The position numbers and the translations under genes were made by a program. A stretch of DNA of 63,943 bases, filler included, from Reticulomyxa filosa (Eukaryota > Protista > Foraminifera): assembly GCA_000512085.1 (NCBI GenBank). It is 24 parts of 24 records of this genome, joined end to end, with 100 filler letters (N's around TTAATTAATTAA, not from the genome) between each part and the next. Parts side by side here need not be neighbours in the genome. Positions count along the whole stretch, not along the records: positions 22,194 to 24,489 come from ASPP01012621.1; positions 24,590 to 27,329 come from ASPP01025033.1; positions 27,430 to 29,895 come from ASPP01028670.1; positions 29,996 to 33,358 come from ASPP01013120.1; positions 33,459 to 35,448 come from ASPP01012514.1; positions 35,549 to 40,094 come from ASPP01005336.1; 18 more parts are not named here. One strand, written 5' to 3'. The notes under the pieces are model-generated. The model was not told the DNA's origin, searched no databases, and saw only the letters and a list, made by a program, of their open reading frames with translations. Of this stretch, positions 24,480-39,000 are shown piece after piece; within the stretch, counting starts at the first letter, position 1; each line of letters begins with the position of its first letter.

Positions 24480-26696
24480 TATATGGACANNNNNNNNNNN
24501 NNNNNNNNNNNNNNNNNNNNNNNNNNNNNNNNNTTAATTAATTAANNNNNNNNNNNNNNNNNNNNNNNNNNNNNNNNNNNNNNNNNNNNTTTAATACCTT
24601 TTTTTTTGTTGGATAAAATTATTTGAAAGAATGTTGCTAGCCACTGCAACCGATCTAATAGTCTTGATAATTGTTGAAAAAAATAATAAATAAAAATTAA
24701 TTTATTTCTAATTATTTAAAAAATTTAAACTATAATATAAATTTATACTCTTTTTCAAACATTGCTTATAGTACTTATTAATTTTCATAATAAAATAAAA
24801 ACTTAAATTTCGTTTTCATTTAGATAATTGAATCTCTAAATAAAAACTTGAATATAATTAACTTTTTATAAATTTGATCTAAAATTGAAATTTTTAACTT
24901 TTTTTTAAAGTTTCATTAAGTGACTTCAAAAATATAATTTTACGATATATGGTTTTTTCTTAATGAAAAAATTAATTATAATTTTGTGATTACATTAAGA
25001 ATAATACATTATCTTTTTTTTTATTTAATATGACGTACATTGTTAAAATTGAAATACAAGTTATACACTCTATATGTTTCAACAACAAGAAAAGTTTCAC
25101 TGAAGACAATATTTGCATTGTTAAATGTATTCTTGTAAACCAAATATCACACAAACTATGATACATTCAGCAAGTGAATAAGAATACTGTTAAAAGAATT
25201 TTTCAAATTCAATGCAAGATTGGTTTTTGTTTGTGTAGTGCAATCTCTTTCAATTTAATGTATGTTGATATATAGAATAGAAAAAAAAATCTCTGTGTTG
25301 TGCAAAAGGATTTTTTGGAAGTTTCTTATCTAATCAACATCAAAATTGCACTTTGATTCTATCAAATACCACCATATTGTACAACAGATTTAATTGCCAA
25401 ACCATGTGTATTACAAAAAAAATTACAATTCGTTGTTTTGATTTAAAAGCGACTGCCTTTCGCGTTATATCATCATTATTATTTTCTTTTTTTCTTTAGT
25501 AGACTCAGGCTGTTCTGGTGGCATGTTTGAATGTGATATTCTGTTGTGTCAACAAGCTCTTTGTTTTGGCTCTTCAGCTGCTACAATTCGTTGTCCAACT
25601 CTTGTGTCTCAGTTTAGTAGTTGTGTTTGCTTTGCTTCAAGTCTTGTTGCAAAATATACATTTGTTCGGTCAATCTGTTAATTTTCTGTATTGAAGCCTT
25701 ATTTTTGTAAGATTTAATTTCCGATTTAATTCCAATTTCAATAATTCGACTTAATGGGCGAAACTATGCTAGGATTGCTCCAAAGTATCGATATGACATT
25801 TATGAAAGCTATAGACCTTATATCAATAGTTTTAGTCTACTTTGCAATTTTTTTTTGTAAAACAGCTTAAACATGTCGTATTTTACTGCTCACTCTTGTT
25901 GCATCAATTCTGTCTTTTCCTTCAGCTCATTGATTTGATATTCTCCAAATTAAACGACAATTTTTCGAGCTTGACCTCGTACTCGTTTTTCTGAACGAAG
26001 ACTACCGCCTATATTTACAAAACAAAGATAAACAAGAGGCAACGGAAAAAAAACCAGTCCACTGTACTGTTCACACCGAAGCAGATAGAAAAGCCAGCGA
26101 TAGAACAGTACAAATAGCAATTATAGTAATTATAGCAATATCAATGAATATGAAAGCAAGTTTCTTTTTTTTTTCCTCATTTCTGGATTTTCAACAATTA
26201 CTTTGTGTTTCGAGCTTGAAGGCAAAAATAAAGAAATCTCATTTTTCTTTTGCAACATTTGCTAGTAATATTTTAACTTTGCATAAATTTTCACATTTGA
26301 ATGACACAATATTATAAACAACTATAATAGACTTGAAATATAAAATGTACACCAAATTTGGAGCTTAATCTAAATTTTTCGGTCATTGAGAGTTTACAAA
26401 ATAAAGTTTTTATTTTTTTCGTTAGTATGCTCTTTCTACGAAAGAGAAATCATCAAAAGTATATAAATTTTCACATTTCACAGATAATCAAAGTTTCACA
26501 ATCACAAATCTTAAAGGAAAGAAAAAACAAAATTGTTTATTGTTTACTGACGTTTGTTATGTTAGAAGTGCAAAAGAAAAAAAACACTTCAAACACTAAC
26601 ATTTGAAGAGAGAAGAAAACAAAATAAAATGGTAACCTAAACAACAACAAAAAAAAGAAGTGATTATTCAGTTTCAATGTGCGGTTGTTATTGAAA

Positions 26697-27221
26697 TTAT
26701 TTTACTTTTGGATAGTCATTTATTTCAAAGTTGAGTGCAAGGCTCTTAAAAGTACTATTAGTAATTTTGACATCCCCACTAAAGGGGCTTACAAATTCTT
26801 CATTTTCATTTTCAGTTTCGTTTGGATTGTCACTAATGGGAAGAATATTCTCTTGTTGCATGTCAACATCAGCTATATTGGAGGGTAGGATATCAACTAA
26901 TTCACTGCATTTGACAAAATAAGGAATATCTTCCAATGTTGGAATTGACACAATGATAGGCGACAAGATGGTTTCCCCATTGGCATCATTTTCGATTTGA
27001 GGATTTGTAATTTCATTTATTTTTTTGGGTTTCTTTCGAGTTTTTGCAATCTTTTTTTGTTTCTTGTTGGTATTTTGACTGGTCTTCTTTTTTATCTTCA
27101 GTTTTTTTTGACGAACCATATGAAACGGTTGATCGGGATGGGCTTGCTTTTCATGGCGGTACAAGGACCCTCGTTGTGTAAACCTTCTATCACAATGTTC
27201 ACACTGAAACAAAGATAACAA
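26697..27221 (-). CDS. C2H2 zinc-finger protein, 3' exon
   Basis: FQCEHCDRRFTQRGSLYRHEKQAH followed by a basic tract. Confidence 0.8.
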   Translation of the reverse strand: MLSLFQCEHCDRRFTQRGSLYRHEKQAHPDQPFHMVRQKKLKIKKKTSQNTNKKQKKIAKTRKKPKKINEITNPQIENDANGETILSPIIVSIPTLEDIPYFVKCSELVDILPSNIADVDMQQENILPISDNPNETENENEEFVSPFSGDVKITNSTFKSLALNFEINDYPKVK

Positions 27222-27278
27222 ACATGCACAAAGGCAAGCGCTCGATTTATTTTTGTTTGTAAAAGACAGAGATAATAA

Positions 27279-27309
<31 letters not shown>

Positions 27310-28286
27310 ACTCCAAAGGGTTTGACACCNNNNNNNNNNNNNNNNNNNNNNNNNNNNNNNNNNNNNNNNNNNNTTAATTAATTAANNNNNNNNNNNNNNN
27401 NNNNNNNNNNNNNNNNNNNNNNNNNNNNNAAAAAAATAAAATGGTTAAAAAAACAGAAAAAAAAGTAAAACTTTAAATCAGTAGGCAATTCGTGAATACA
27501 GACATATTTTTATTTTTTCATTGTTTCATTTTTTTAAAAATTTTTGTTTGTAAGTTTATTTTGAAGTATTGTTTGTGTATTGATTTTTGTATATTTTGCA
27601 CAATATATATGATTTAACTTTTATTATTAAACGATAACAGTTTTACCCAAAGATTGTTATTTTATGTTATACTTTTATAACGCACATAAAGTATTTTACA
27701 TTGGAAGTTCATTTATGTTATGCTTCAAAAAAAAGGTCAAATTTATATTTGTGGATAAATCATATAGATTATCTTTTTTAATTAATTTGTAGCATTTGAT
27801 TGGATTGAGAATAAAACTAATCAATAAAGACATTCTAAATATGAAAAAGATGACAAATTTAATTAAGTAATTTTTTTCCATATACAAAGTAACTTCGAGG
27901 ACTTTTTAAATTTCATAACAAAATTAAAATAACAAATTTACAATTAAAAATTTAAAAACATAGGTCGAGGACCAATGCACTTTACTTTGTTTGGAAATGT
28001 CAATTTGATAATTCTTACCATTTTTTTTTACATTCACTATTTGATTAATTCTTTCAATCTTTTTTGCTTTACTATTTATATTTTCATATTTTCTTTTGTT
28101 GTTTTGTGTTTGCCATCAAATTTTGTGCTGTTTATTTTCATTGTTACTTGCTATCATTCATTGAATATGTAATAATTGTTTTTTTTATTTTATAAGTTTT
28201 GTTAGATCATTGCTTTCTATTTATTAGCAACTATTGTTTTGTATTATTTATATCTTTTATTCCAAATAATTTCTGCCATTGTTCCA

Positions 28287-29578
28287 ATGGAATCAGCATC
28301 TGACAATGAGCATACACCAACTAACGGTAATGAAAAAAAAGATATAGCACCAACAACATCTCAAAGAAAAAAAAACCTTGATGGTGACGCGAAATTGACA
28401 ATACTCAAGAAGATAAAAAGAAAAAACTGTCAACACATAAAAAATATAAATAGACATTTGTTTATTCGTCTTTCTTTTATATATAACATTCAATTATTTG
28501 AATATATTCAATAAATTCTATATAAATTAGCTTCATATTGAAATTTAATTTATAAAGCATAAAGTAAAAAATAACAGGGTTTGGCTGAAGACTGCTCAAC
28601 ATAGGAAAACTTGGAAAATTATTTAAAACCAAAAATTATTGATACAAAGGACATTGATAATAACTATTATTGTGATGAATAGGAGGAGGAGAATGAGGCA
28701 GACACAAACATCGACAATGTGAAACTTTTTAATCACGAAAAATTGCAAATTAGTCGTTTTTTGGTGGAATGGAAAAACTACGTACAATGGAAGAAACGTA
28801 TAATGTACACTATAGACTAAGCCAAAATACAAGAAATAAAGAACAAAAGCGATCTAAAATATCATTCACTATCCGATGAACTTCTTGTTGATTTATATTA
28901 CAATAGTGTCGATAACGCAAATACTGCAAAACTCAAAGCGTCTATGCAAAAAAAATTAATTGTTTTAAAAAATGTGAAAAACTTTAAACTGAGTTTCCGA
29001 ACATCTGGGAACTTGCACAAAGCATTGACCCTTGGGATCAAGCTGAATTTTCTAGGCGTGTGAACCAGTTGAATGCAAAAAAGGGGCCAAGCACTAAGCT
29101 ATTGTCTAAATCATTGGAGTCACCACTAACGTTAACATAAACCTTTCTCAATTACAGTAACAGTAGTGCTGGAGCTTCGAATAGAAAAAGAAAGAGAAAT
29201 AGAAGCGATATCAGCGATAGCAGGGATACACTTACAAGTATGGCAAGTAAAAAATGTCGAATCATCAGTTCAGATAAATTGCAGCATTTTGATGATGTCA
29301 TGAATATCTTTCGCAATCAAAGGCCAGTATTCGGGATCATTAATGGCCTAGTAGAAAAGCTGAAGACGAGACAAAAATCTAACTTTCAAAGAGCATGCAA
29401 ATGTTACAAAAACAATGAAACTGGATTACAGGAAATGAAAAAATTAAGAACAATATTACTTGAAAGAACAGACAGCTACGAAGACAGCTGTGGCAAAGAA
29501 GTAATTGATTTGGAAGCTGACAGGCTTTCCAACCAAGCTATTGACAGGCCTTCCAACCTGGATCCATTCCATTTGTGA
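28287..29578 (+). pseudogene. Fragmented hypothetical gene
   Basis: Coding-like stretches (MESASDNEH..; MASKKCRIISS..) interrupted by stops and frameshifts. Confidence 0.3.
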
Positions 29579-29734
29579 TCTCACAATAAATATATGCAGA
29601 ACTTGTACTTTCTTTATCAGAGCCACAGTAATCTTTAAAGATATTCTTTCGAACTTCTTTTGCTCGAACAGGATACCCACACAAACAATGGACATAGCCC
29701 CTTTCCCGTAGGAAAGTCTATATGTATAGTCAGT

Positions 29735-29850
29735 ACTACAAAATTTGTAGATATTTTTTTAAAATAAAAAAAATTAGGTTTAAATGTTGATTTTTCATGA
29801 AAAAAATCAATTATCGTCATATGATATCGTTTTAGGTGTTCAGTTTCTTT
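29735..29850 (+). repeat. Dispersed ~115-bp repeat (other copies 41493-41540 partial, 47944-48050)
   Basis: ACTACAnnATTTGTAGATATTTTTT..TTAAATGTTG.TTTTTCATG shared with 47944; AAATCAATTATC.TCATA.GATATCGTTTTA.G.GTTCAGTTT shared with 41493. Confidence 0.75.
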
Positions 29851-29995
29851 ACAACATACTGTAGTAACTCTAAACACTAAGCATCACCAGTTTTTNNNNN
29901 NNNNNNNNNNNNNNNNNNNNNNNNNNNNNNNNNNNNNNNTTAATTAATTAANNNNNNNNNNNNNNNNNNNNNNNNNNNNNNNNNNNNNNNNNNNN

Positions 29996-32900
29996 CCCAA
30001 GCAAACCATTCGAGGAACCACCATTGACTAACTTAGACGAAGCGAACAATCGCTTTTTGCCAATGGGCGAACGTGGAAGTGGTGATGGTGTAGACGTAGT
30101 AACAGCAATGAGCCATCGCCACTCGACGAACGAAGACGTAACGGTAGAGGACATACTGGGGCCATTGCCGTTGGGCATGGCCAACCCGGTGACAAGCAAC
30201 TCGCGTACGCCGACTCCGACGTCTTCGGTCGGCAACATGTCGCTCCCCATCACACCATTGCCTGCGGCGTCACGCTCGCACGTGTCTTTGACCAAAGTCG
30301 CGGACATGCTCGACCCTACGCCGAAAGATAGGACTAATAACCCTTCTTCTTCCTCCTTGCTTGATGCAAGTGGTAGATATAACAATAATGACAATGACAA
30401 TGACAATGACAATAATAATAACAATAACAATAGTGCTATGGGTAATAAGTTGGAGACTGACCCGATGCACAACACCGACGCGACAGAAGCGGTATTGGCT
30501 GAACTAAAGTCAACGAACGAAGGCGAAAACGTCGCCAATGCAATCAACAAACATGAACACGACAATAACAACAACAACATTACTCGCAATAATGGCAATA
30601 ACAATAATAACAATGTTAATACCAATACCAATGACAATGGCAATGGTAATAATAACAATAACAATAACGATAATGACAATGACAATGACAATGACAATGA
30701 CAATGAATTACAGGCCCCTCCGTCGCTTCAGAATTTGCTCGAAACAGCCAATGGCAACAACAGCATCACAGAAATCCCACAGCCTTTGGAACGCAGCGTC
30801 TCGCTCATGAGCAATCGTAGCATGAGCAATCCCGCCTTAATGAGCATCCCAATGCTCAGTCGCAATGGCTCGATTCCGACAGATCAAAAGCCCAATACCC
30901 CATTGGATATCAATCCTAACATGAATATGAATATGAACATGGACATGAATACGAACATGAATATGGGTATGAATATGAACATGAACATGTTTGGACCTCC
31001 GTTTTTCCCTCCTGGCATGGCTGGGGGATTTGGTGGCTATTGGAATTTTCCTGGCTATCCTCCTGCTTTTGCTGGTGGACCTGGAGGAGCTGCCACTCCC
31101 AACTCATCTTCGTCCTTTTTCCCAATGCCCTACCCTCCCATGTGGCCACAAAATCCGTTTTCGCAGCCGCTTAATGCAAGTGCCGGCGTCAACGATTCGA
31201 AAAAGGGTGAACCCAATAACAACAACAGCAGCAGCAATAACAATAATAATAATAATAATAATAACAACAACAACAATAACAATAACGATGATGACGATAG
31301 TAGCAATCGCAACGACAAGGCCGGGCAGAGCGAACCGAAGCAGGGCGACAAGAAGCAAAGCTCAAGTGGAGGGGGAGACAAGGAAGACAGCGGCTCGAAG
31401 CGAAAAAAAGACAAGTCCAACGTCGGTGGGACAAGTGGGTCGATGCCCCCTTATCCACCTTCCCCATACGACTTTGGTCGAAACAGCTATGCGGCTTATG
31501 GCAATAATGGTCCATACAATGCCACAGGTTATGATCCCAGTTCTGGTTTTAGTGGAAATCCATTTGGTTCTGGTCCTCTTCCAGGTTACTTATATACATA
31601 TATACATGCACATACACATACATATACACATATATATGTATACGTGTATATATATATATGTATATGTATATATGTATGCTTGTGTTGATAAACAAAAAAA
31701 GAGTCGTGGGGAGGAGCGTATCCATGGAATGGCAACTTTGGTAATATGCCAATGATGGGACCCAATGGCTATTTTGGCATGGATTATGCCAACTTTGACG
31801 ATTACAACCCAATGTCGTACGGACCCTTTAATTCCTCCTACGCTAACCCCTTCATTCAAGCATTTGGGCAGTACCCGATGGACAATGCACCTCCTTCGTC
31901 GAATGACGCCGAGGGCGGCACGTATCCCAAATCCGCCGATAAAGGTAAGGCCGGTCCGGAAAAGCCCTCGGAAAGCTTTGTGGTTGGCGACCAGGTCGCT
32001 TATGGCAAAGAAACCGGTACCATTGTATCATTGCATTGGGATCGAACCCCACCTCAAGCAGAGGTCCGCATGCACAGTTCGAACTTCACCATGAAGATTC
32101 CAATGTCACGCTTAGTTTTGTCTCGTCCCGACAGTCAGTCGTCGAAAGGTGGAACCACTGAAAAAAGTTCATCTCATCGCAAGTTTTAGTTGCAACAGAA
32201 TTTATTTTTAAAAAAAGGTTTAATTTTTATCACGATATAAAAAAAACTTGGTTTGTGTGTGTGTGTGTTGTTTTTTTTTTGAAATACTAACTAGCGAAAA
32301 AAAACGTAATAATCACAATAACAACAATAATGAAAGTACTAGTAACAATAACAATAACAATAATAATAACAATAATAATAACAACAACAATAATAATAAT
32401 AATAATAATGATAATAACAACGACAATGAAACCAAAGACCAGAAAATGCGGAAGAACCATTTCCAAAGACTTTCGGAAGAAACGATGATGAAGTTGCCGC
32501 ACTTGAGAAAGCACAAGGAGTACATAAAGACGATAGATATTGGCACTGGCCCACGTGACTACAACGCGTTTCGTCAAGTGCTTGCTCCCCACGCGCAAAA
32601 AGGCAGCAAAAAGAAGAAAGACCACAGCGATACAGCAAAGGATCAAAGCGACACCCAATCTGGCCCTGTGGCTGACGAGAATCACAGCAAAGAGACCCCC
32701 GACGAGCCGAAGGCGCAAGAGAAGGAGGAAGCAGAAATAGAACCCGCCCCAAAAAATTCCAACGACGAAAAAGCGCAACATGGAAACATGTTGAACGAAG
32801 ATGATGACAATGAAAACGATGCGGATCAAGGTGAACAACAAAACATTCATGAAAATAATGCACAGCAGCAGCAACAACAACAACAACAACAACAACAATA

Positions 32901-33264
32901 TTCTTCTCGTCGCCATCACTCCAAACGAAAAGGGTATCCTCCGGAAAAATCGGATTTGTTTAAAACCGAACTGTGCGAAAATTGGGTCACCAAAGGCCAT
33001 TGTACATATGGACGCAAATGCCATTTCGCACATGGCTTTGATGAAATCAAATACCGTACTCGTGTGGCAAACTATAAAACGCAACCTTGTTGTGATCCCG
33101 CCCGCAGTGATTCCAGACTGTGCTTGTTTGGAAAACGTTGTAACTACGCTCATCCTGGGGAACCCTTGCGGTGTGCCATGAGCGACGAATACTTGGACGA
33201 AGAATACTTTGAGAAAATCAGCCGAGAATTCAAAGAATCTTTGCCTTTTGGCATTTATGTGTAA
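29996..33264 (+). CDS. TTP/TIS11-like tandem CCCH zinc-finger RNA-binding protein with a long N/G/P/Y/M low-complexity region; three exons seen, 5' truncated
   Basis: FKTELC-x8-C-x5-C-x3-H, an 18-aa linker, then YKTQPC-x10-C-x5-C-x3-H. ORFs 30024-31688, 31746-32189 and 32248-33264 are separated by intron-like microsatellite or homopolymer segments. Confidence 0.85.
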
Positions 33265-33619
33265 TGTGAGGTTTGCTGAGTGTGTGTGTGTGTGTGTGGG
33301 TTTTTTTTATCAGTTGATCGGGCCTGTGCATTTCAAACACATTATTTGAATTAAATACNNNNNNNNNNNNNNNNNNNNNNNNNNNNNNNNNNNNNNNNNN
33401 NNTTAATTAATTAANNNNNNNNNNNNNNNNNNNNNNNNNNNNNNNNNNNNNNNNNNNNTTTTTGTGCACAAAACAATTGAGTCTGTGCTATATTTGTGCT
33501 TGGCGTCGTTTTCTTTATGTTACATCAAATAAATAAATTATATATATGTATGTATATATATGTATATATAATTTATTTGTTCATTCATTTCATTTATTTA
33601 TGATTTAAATAATAAAAAG

Positions 33620-34597
33620 GACAAGGAGTAATCGAAGAATTGACAATCGCGGAAGAATGCAATGGGATGACGTGGAGTGTGTTGTTAAACATTTTGAACA
33701 AGTTCAATCACGACCAGTCACGCTTGAAATATTTGAGTATTAATGTCTGTGGATTTGTGGATTGGGTACCCACCATTTCCAACGTCTTTGAGTTTGGGTC
33801 TTTTGCGTATTCTCTATGATGTATACATACATATACATATATATATATATATTTATATATATGCATATATGTACATATACATATATTTTGTTTTGTTTTG
33901 TTTTGTTTTTTGTGTGTGTGTGTGTGTCACCATTTGCATTCCTCCTTTTTTTTTTTTTTTTGTAAAAAAAAAAAAAAGTTGGAACAACTTTTTGTATCAA
34001 TCCTCATTTTACATTCCACACACGTCGCACTCGGACGAGCTGAACAACTCGACGCCCCGCCAAGTCAGAAACAGATTGGAATACCTGCGCGTGAAAGACG
34101 ACGTGTTGCTGCGATACTTGTTGCCGTTGCTGAAATACAACAGCGAGGCATCAACAAAGTCGGGTGAGGATTTCGACAGTGCAAATGGCAATGGGAAGAA
34201 AGGCAGTCACAATGGCAACAGCGGCGGCGGCGGCGGCGGCGGCGGCGGTCTGAACCTATGCGTCAAGTATGAGCCATATTTCAACAACCCTTTTGAAAGA
34301 CTGACCGGAGTGGAGTTCGATGGGCTGCAAGTGCTGGAGATCATTCCTTGGGAAAACATGGTATTGACTGTTCCGAAAACAGTTCGATCGCTGCGCATCA
34401 CGCAAATGTCAAAGTCGAGTTACCAAGACAAAGCACGGCAAACCCGTGACTTAAGTCGCGATCTTAACCGCCCTGCCGACTCCGAAAACGCAAAGTCCAA
34501 AAAACCCTTTCATTACAATATGAAAGTTGATGATTGGTTGGTCATTCTGTCTTATTGCAATCGCATTGAAGAAATTTGTTTATACAATTTGGGGTTT

Positions 34598-34631
<34 letters not shown>

Positions 34632-35039
34632 AAATATCCAAATACATATATCCATATATATAATACATATGTATACATTTTTGTCGTTCAGATGCATTAC
34701 TAAATTTCGTGGATTGAAATGCCTGCATTCATTGAAAAACTTGACACTGAAAGGAAAAACAACCGACTTTGTTTTGCTTAAAGAATCGATTGATGCATTA
34801 AGTCATCACTCGCCTTTGGAAAATGTATGTCTATTGGACGGAGATAGTAACAGCATTTTCAACACGGCCATTGATGTCAGTCACATCAAACAAAAATTTC
34901 ATCGTTATGCTGACAACCTACCGTCAAAATCTCTTTCACGTATATTGCATCTGTTTCTTTGGAAAATTGTCAAGCCCTCAAATTTTCTGATTTTCGATAA
35001 TTTTTGTTGTTGTTGTTGTTGTTGTCAAATTCTTTACTT

Positions 35040-35058
<19 letters not shown>
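33620..35058 (+). CDS. LRR-like hypothetical protein, three exons, partial
   Basis: Repeated LxxLxI motifs (LKYLSI, LEYLRV, VRSLRI, IEEICL, LKNLTL); introns near 33820-33979 and 34595-34691; 3' end uncertain. Confidence 0.55.
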
Positions 35059-35070
<12 letters not shown>

Positions 35071-36099
35071 CAAAAATCATCCCATGCGATTCTATTTGTT
35101 ATAACATATTTCTTTTTGAAATTTCAATATTCCCTCACTTTGTTTTGTTTGTTTGTTTATCGTTATCATTATCATATTGTATTTCTGTGAATATTTTTGT
35201 ACTGTGCTTTTGCATGTTGGTTTGTTTATTCCACTTTTTTTTGGTTGGAGTGTTTGAGGTGAGTCCCGATGCAAATAAACAGCACCAAAATTATGTGGTG
35301 TGTTGATGCATTTTTTTTTTTGTGTTGTTACTTATTTTCATACCTCTATTTGCCTCTCTCTCCCTCTTCTTTTCTGGTCATTATCAAATAAGCGGAGGCA
35401 CACAAGGTAGCTCACAAAGCGGTACAAAACATATAATGCTTCATCTTTNNNNNNNNNNNNNNNNNNNNNNNNNNNNNNNNNNNNNNNNNNNNTTAATTAA
35501 TTAANNNNNNNNNNNNNNNNNNNNNNNNNNNNNNNNNNNNNNNNNNNNTTATAACTTGGAATATAGGTTGCGCACATAATCACCATAATCATTAGCTCGT
35601 ACTTTCAAAATGTTCGATTTTCCTTCAATACATCATGCACCACATTACATAATATGTACATTCTTTTTTTTTCAAACTATACGTAATTCAAAGCGCAACA
35701 CCATGACTCATATTCAATGGATGCAGTCACTAAATCGAAATTTGTTCAATAATGAACAAATTGGAAAAATGACAGGTGCGCAGGTTGTAATGTGGCTTCA
35801 TGATTTGATAAATTAGATTTCAATAAGCAACAATTTGACTACGACGCTGACACTTTGTGTACTTTCATGTATGCAACAATCGATACTTGCTGATAATGTT
35901 GAAGTTGCTATCACGTTACCATTATTGCTGGGAACTCACTGCAGCACCAATGGTAATGTAAACAGCGACAGCTTTTCCATTTTCATCTGTACACTTGTAA
36001 ATATCTATAAAAAATTTCAAGCAACACACATAAATTTATAATTAATATACGTATAAAGATTTTATGTTGAATATGTATTATAAAAAAATACTTTTTCAG

Positions 36100-39000
36100 G
36101 CAATGAATTCATCAATATTATAATATCAGGTAACAGGAAAGAGGAACAGGGTAATTACAGCAAATCCTTGTGAATGTGATACATTGAATTTTTGCTGTTT
36201 GAGTGCGCGCTTCGCTTTCAATGACAATACTGTAAATCAAAGTTGGAGTTTGCTTTCCATTGGCATTTGTCTTTGCCTTCATATTGTGATCAGCATATTG
36301 ATCTTTTTGAAACATATTGGATTTGCATCTTCAATATCGATTTCTCAAAGATCAATTGTTCGTCCCACTTTGTAAGTTCCAGGAAAGCGTCGCAACTTCA
36401 AAACTTGTCCTCACATCTTCACATTCTGGACATTGTCGTTCCAAATATTGGCGGGTCGGATAACCGTTGTAGCAACGCTTTGCTTCTTTTTCAAATGGTC
36501 GACATATAAAATACGTATCCTTTGTGCGCGCTATCGTGCTTGCCCAATCCATGGTGTAACTACTCACTTGTCTGCTCGTCTGTCGTGAAATGCATGACAC
36601 CGATGAAACGGATCGCGGCCAACATACCATTGGTTATTTCCACAGTTTTACCCAATTCAAGGGCATTGTCGTCATTTTCTTCGATTATACTCATTTTGAG
36701 ACTCTTTCGGATTGCGCTATTGTCTTGATCGAGCTCAGGCAGCAAATTGGTGGCAATGTTGGAGCGTTAGTGAGTTATGCTATGTCAGTGCTTCAAATTG
36801 AAGCACATTGTTCCTCCACATGGGCGTTTACTGTCTCTTCGATACACGTCGACATCGATGATATATATTTCTACTTAGTCAATACCTTTGATGTATTTTA
36901 CGAACACATGACGCCTAAGACTTAAGTTCGATCTGTTTCCAAAAAATACAGTACTGGAACGTCGTCTTTGTCGTTTGCTGTTTTGATTCCATATTTGCGC
37001 ACAAGTATACCGCCGTCAGGTCTTTTCTTTTTTTAAAAAAAAAACAACATAAATATTGAATTTTGTTTTGTTTATTTACCCTTCTATGTAAATAGCAATT
37101 GACAAACAATAACAAACGTACACGTGCAGCAGCTCATTTGATTACAATCTGACCATCGACATTTTTGTGCGCCGTATGGTCTATTTTTCCAAATTTCAAA
37201 GCTTATAATTGCATATCGTTAAAAAAAAAAAATAGTCAGATTAACTCTTTTTTTAATGTACACTCGTTGTCCAATACTATTTTTGTTTTTTTCCTTTCGT
37301 CATTGCTGTCATCGGTTGCTTGGTTTCCACTTCCGGAATCAATTGGACCGTAGCAATTGAGCTTCGTTTGGCGAAAGTACCACTTGATTTGGACTTACAT
37401 TTTGCATCCAAATCAAGTCACTGTCAATTGATTCAACACAAAAAAACACAGTATTGATCGTATACGATATCATGAGCACCAGGAGTTTATACGTCTATAA
37501 AAAAAAGTTAACACAACATTACATATGAAAAAAAAGGTTTTTTTAAAAAATTAATCAAATTACAATAACTTTGCTATAATAAGCAAAAGGAGAATGACCA
37601 ATAAATTTGATGACATCCATTGGCGAAAGTTATGCAATCGTTGGGTTTGAATGGTTTCAAATGGAAGATCGTATTCGATTTTTTCGGATCATTGCCTCAC
37701 AAGGAATCACTTGAGAAATCGAGTATCTTCGCGTGAAATGACAACGATCTGCGTTGGTTTTAAAATATTTCTTTCTATCGCACTGGTATTTCCTTTCGTA
37801 ATAATCGGTTTCTCCAATGTACTTTACACCGCTCATGCTTTCAATCGAGATAACTTCACTTAGTCTACAATCTTGGATTTAATTTTCGGTTATTGCTCTT
37901 GCGGCAGTGGCGTTGTCTCGTTTTCGTCATTGAGGCCGTTATCATTGCTGCTGTTAGTTTGCTTTCTAACATCAAAAACAAAATCCAACAATAATTAAGG
38001 ATTTATTTTATTTTATTTTTTCTAAAAGCAAATAAACAAATCATACCACTGACCATAGATTCCCTACAACGAAGTTATACATGTCTTGCTTCCCAAGATC
38101 CGAGTTCGATCGCCGACATCAACGCCAACGAAATTCATCACAATGCTTTTGGCTCGTCTATGCTCCGCTTTGCTGTCCTCGCTTTCTGGTTCTTTATGTT
38201 CAATCGCTTTTTTGATATCGTCCAAAGATATTTTGTCGCTGCTTCCGTTCACTGGCCGGAGTGTCCATCGCATTGTTTTTCACGAGTCAAGTCTACGAGT
38301 CGAAGGAGTGGATGTTTCTAAATGGTGCATCTCTTATTTGAATCGGTCTTTTCGTTCAACACTGCGATCTGGTTTATGCAATGATTCTTTGCCGATCAAG
38401 TGCTTTTCGTACTTTTCAATCAATATCATGTTTACCTCTAACGTCAACGGCAAGTATTCACTGTTTTCGGTATACTGTATTGGAACAAGCACAAATATGA
38501 TAACACAAGGTAAGTATAGTCTTTTTTTGCTGTTGTTGTGAACTTGAATCTTTTTCAATTATAACCATTGATCAATCAATTATCTAGTTCGATTCCCATT
38601 TTTCGCCGCTACTAAATCAAGCCAAGACAATCCATTTTGCAATACGTGTGCAATCCAACACGATCACCAACTTTGACGTTGTTTCTTGTGTTGATCCTAT
38701 CATCGTCACAATAGGCAACTTCTACGACATTGATTTTTCCATCATTGGCACCCTGTATCCATTGAGCAGCTCCAAAATAATTATTTCCTCGAATTTACTA
38801 AATTCCAATGAATTTGACTTTGCTTAATTTTGCCACAAACTATTTTATGTTGTCGCCGACTTTGCAAGTTTGAACGAATTGAAGCGGAAAATGACTCCAT
38901 CTTACTGAACACAAGCGCAAGCAACAAAACTAACACTCAAGGCATCCGAACCCATCTTGGTAATGTGAAAGGTAAGGAATTCTTTGGATATAATTATTTG

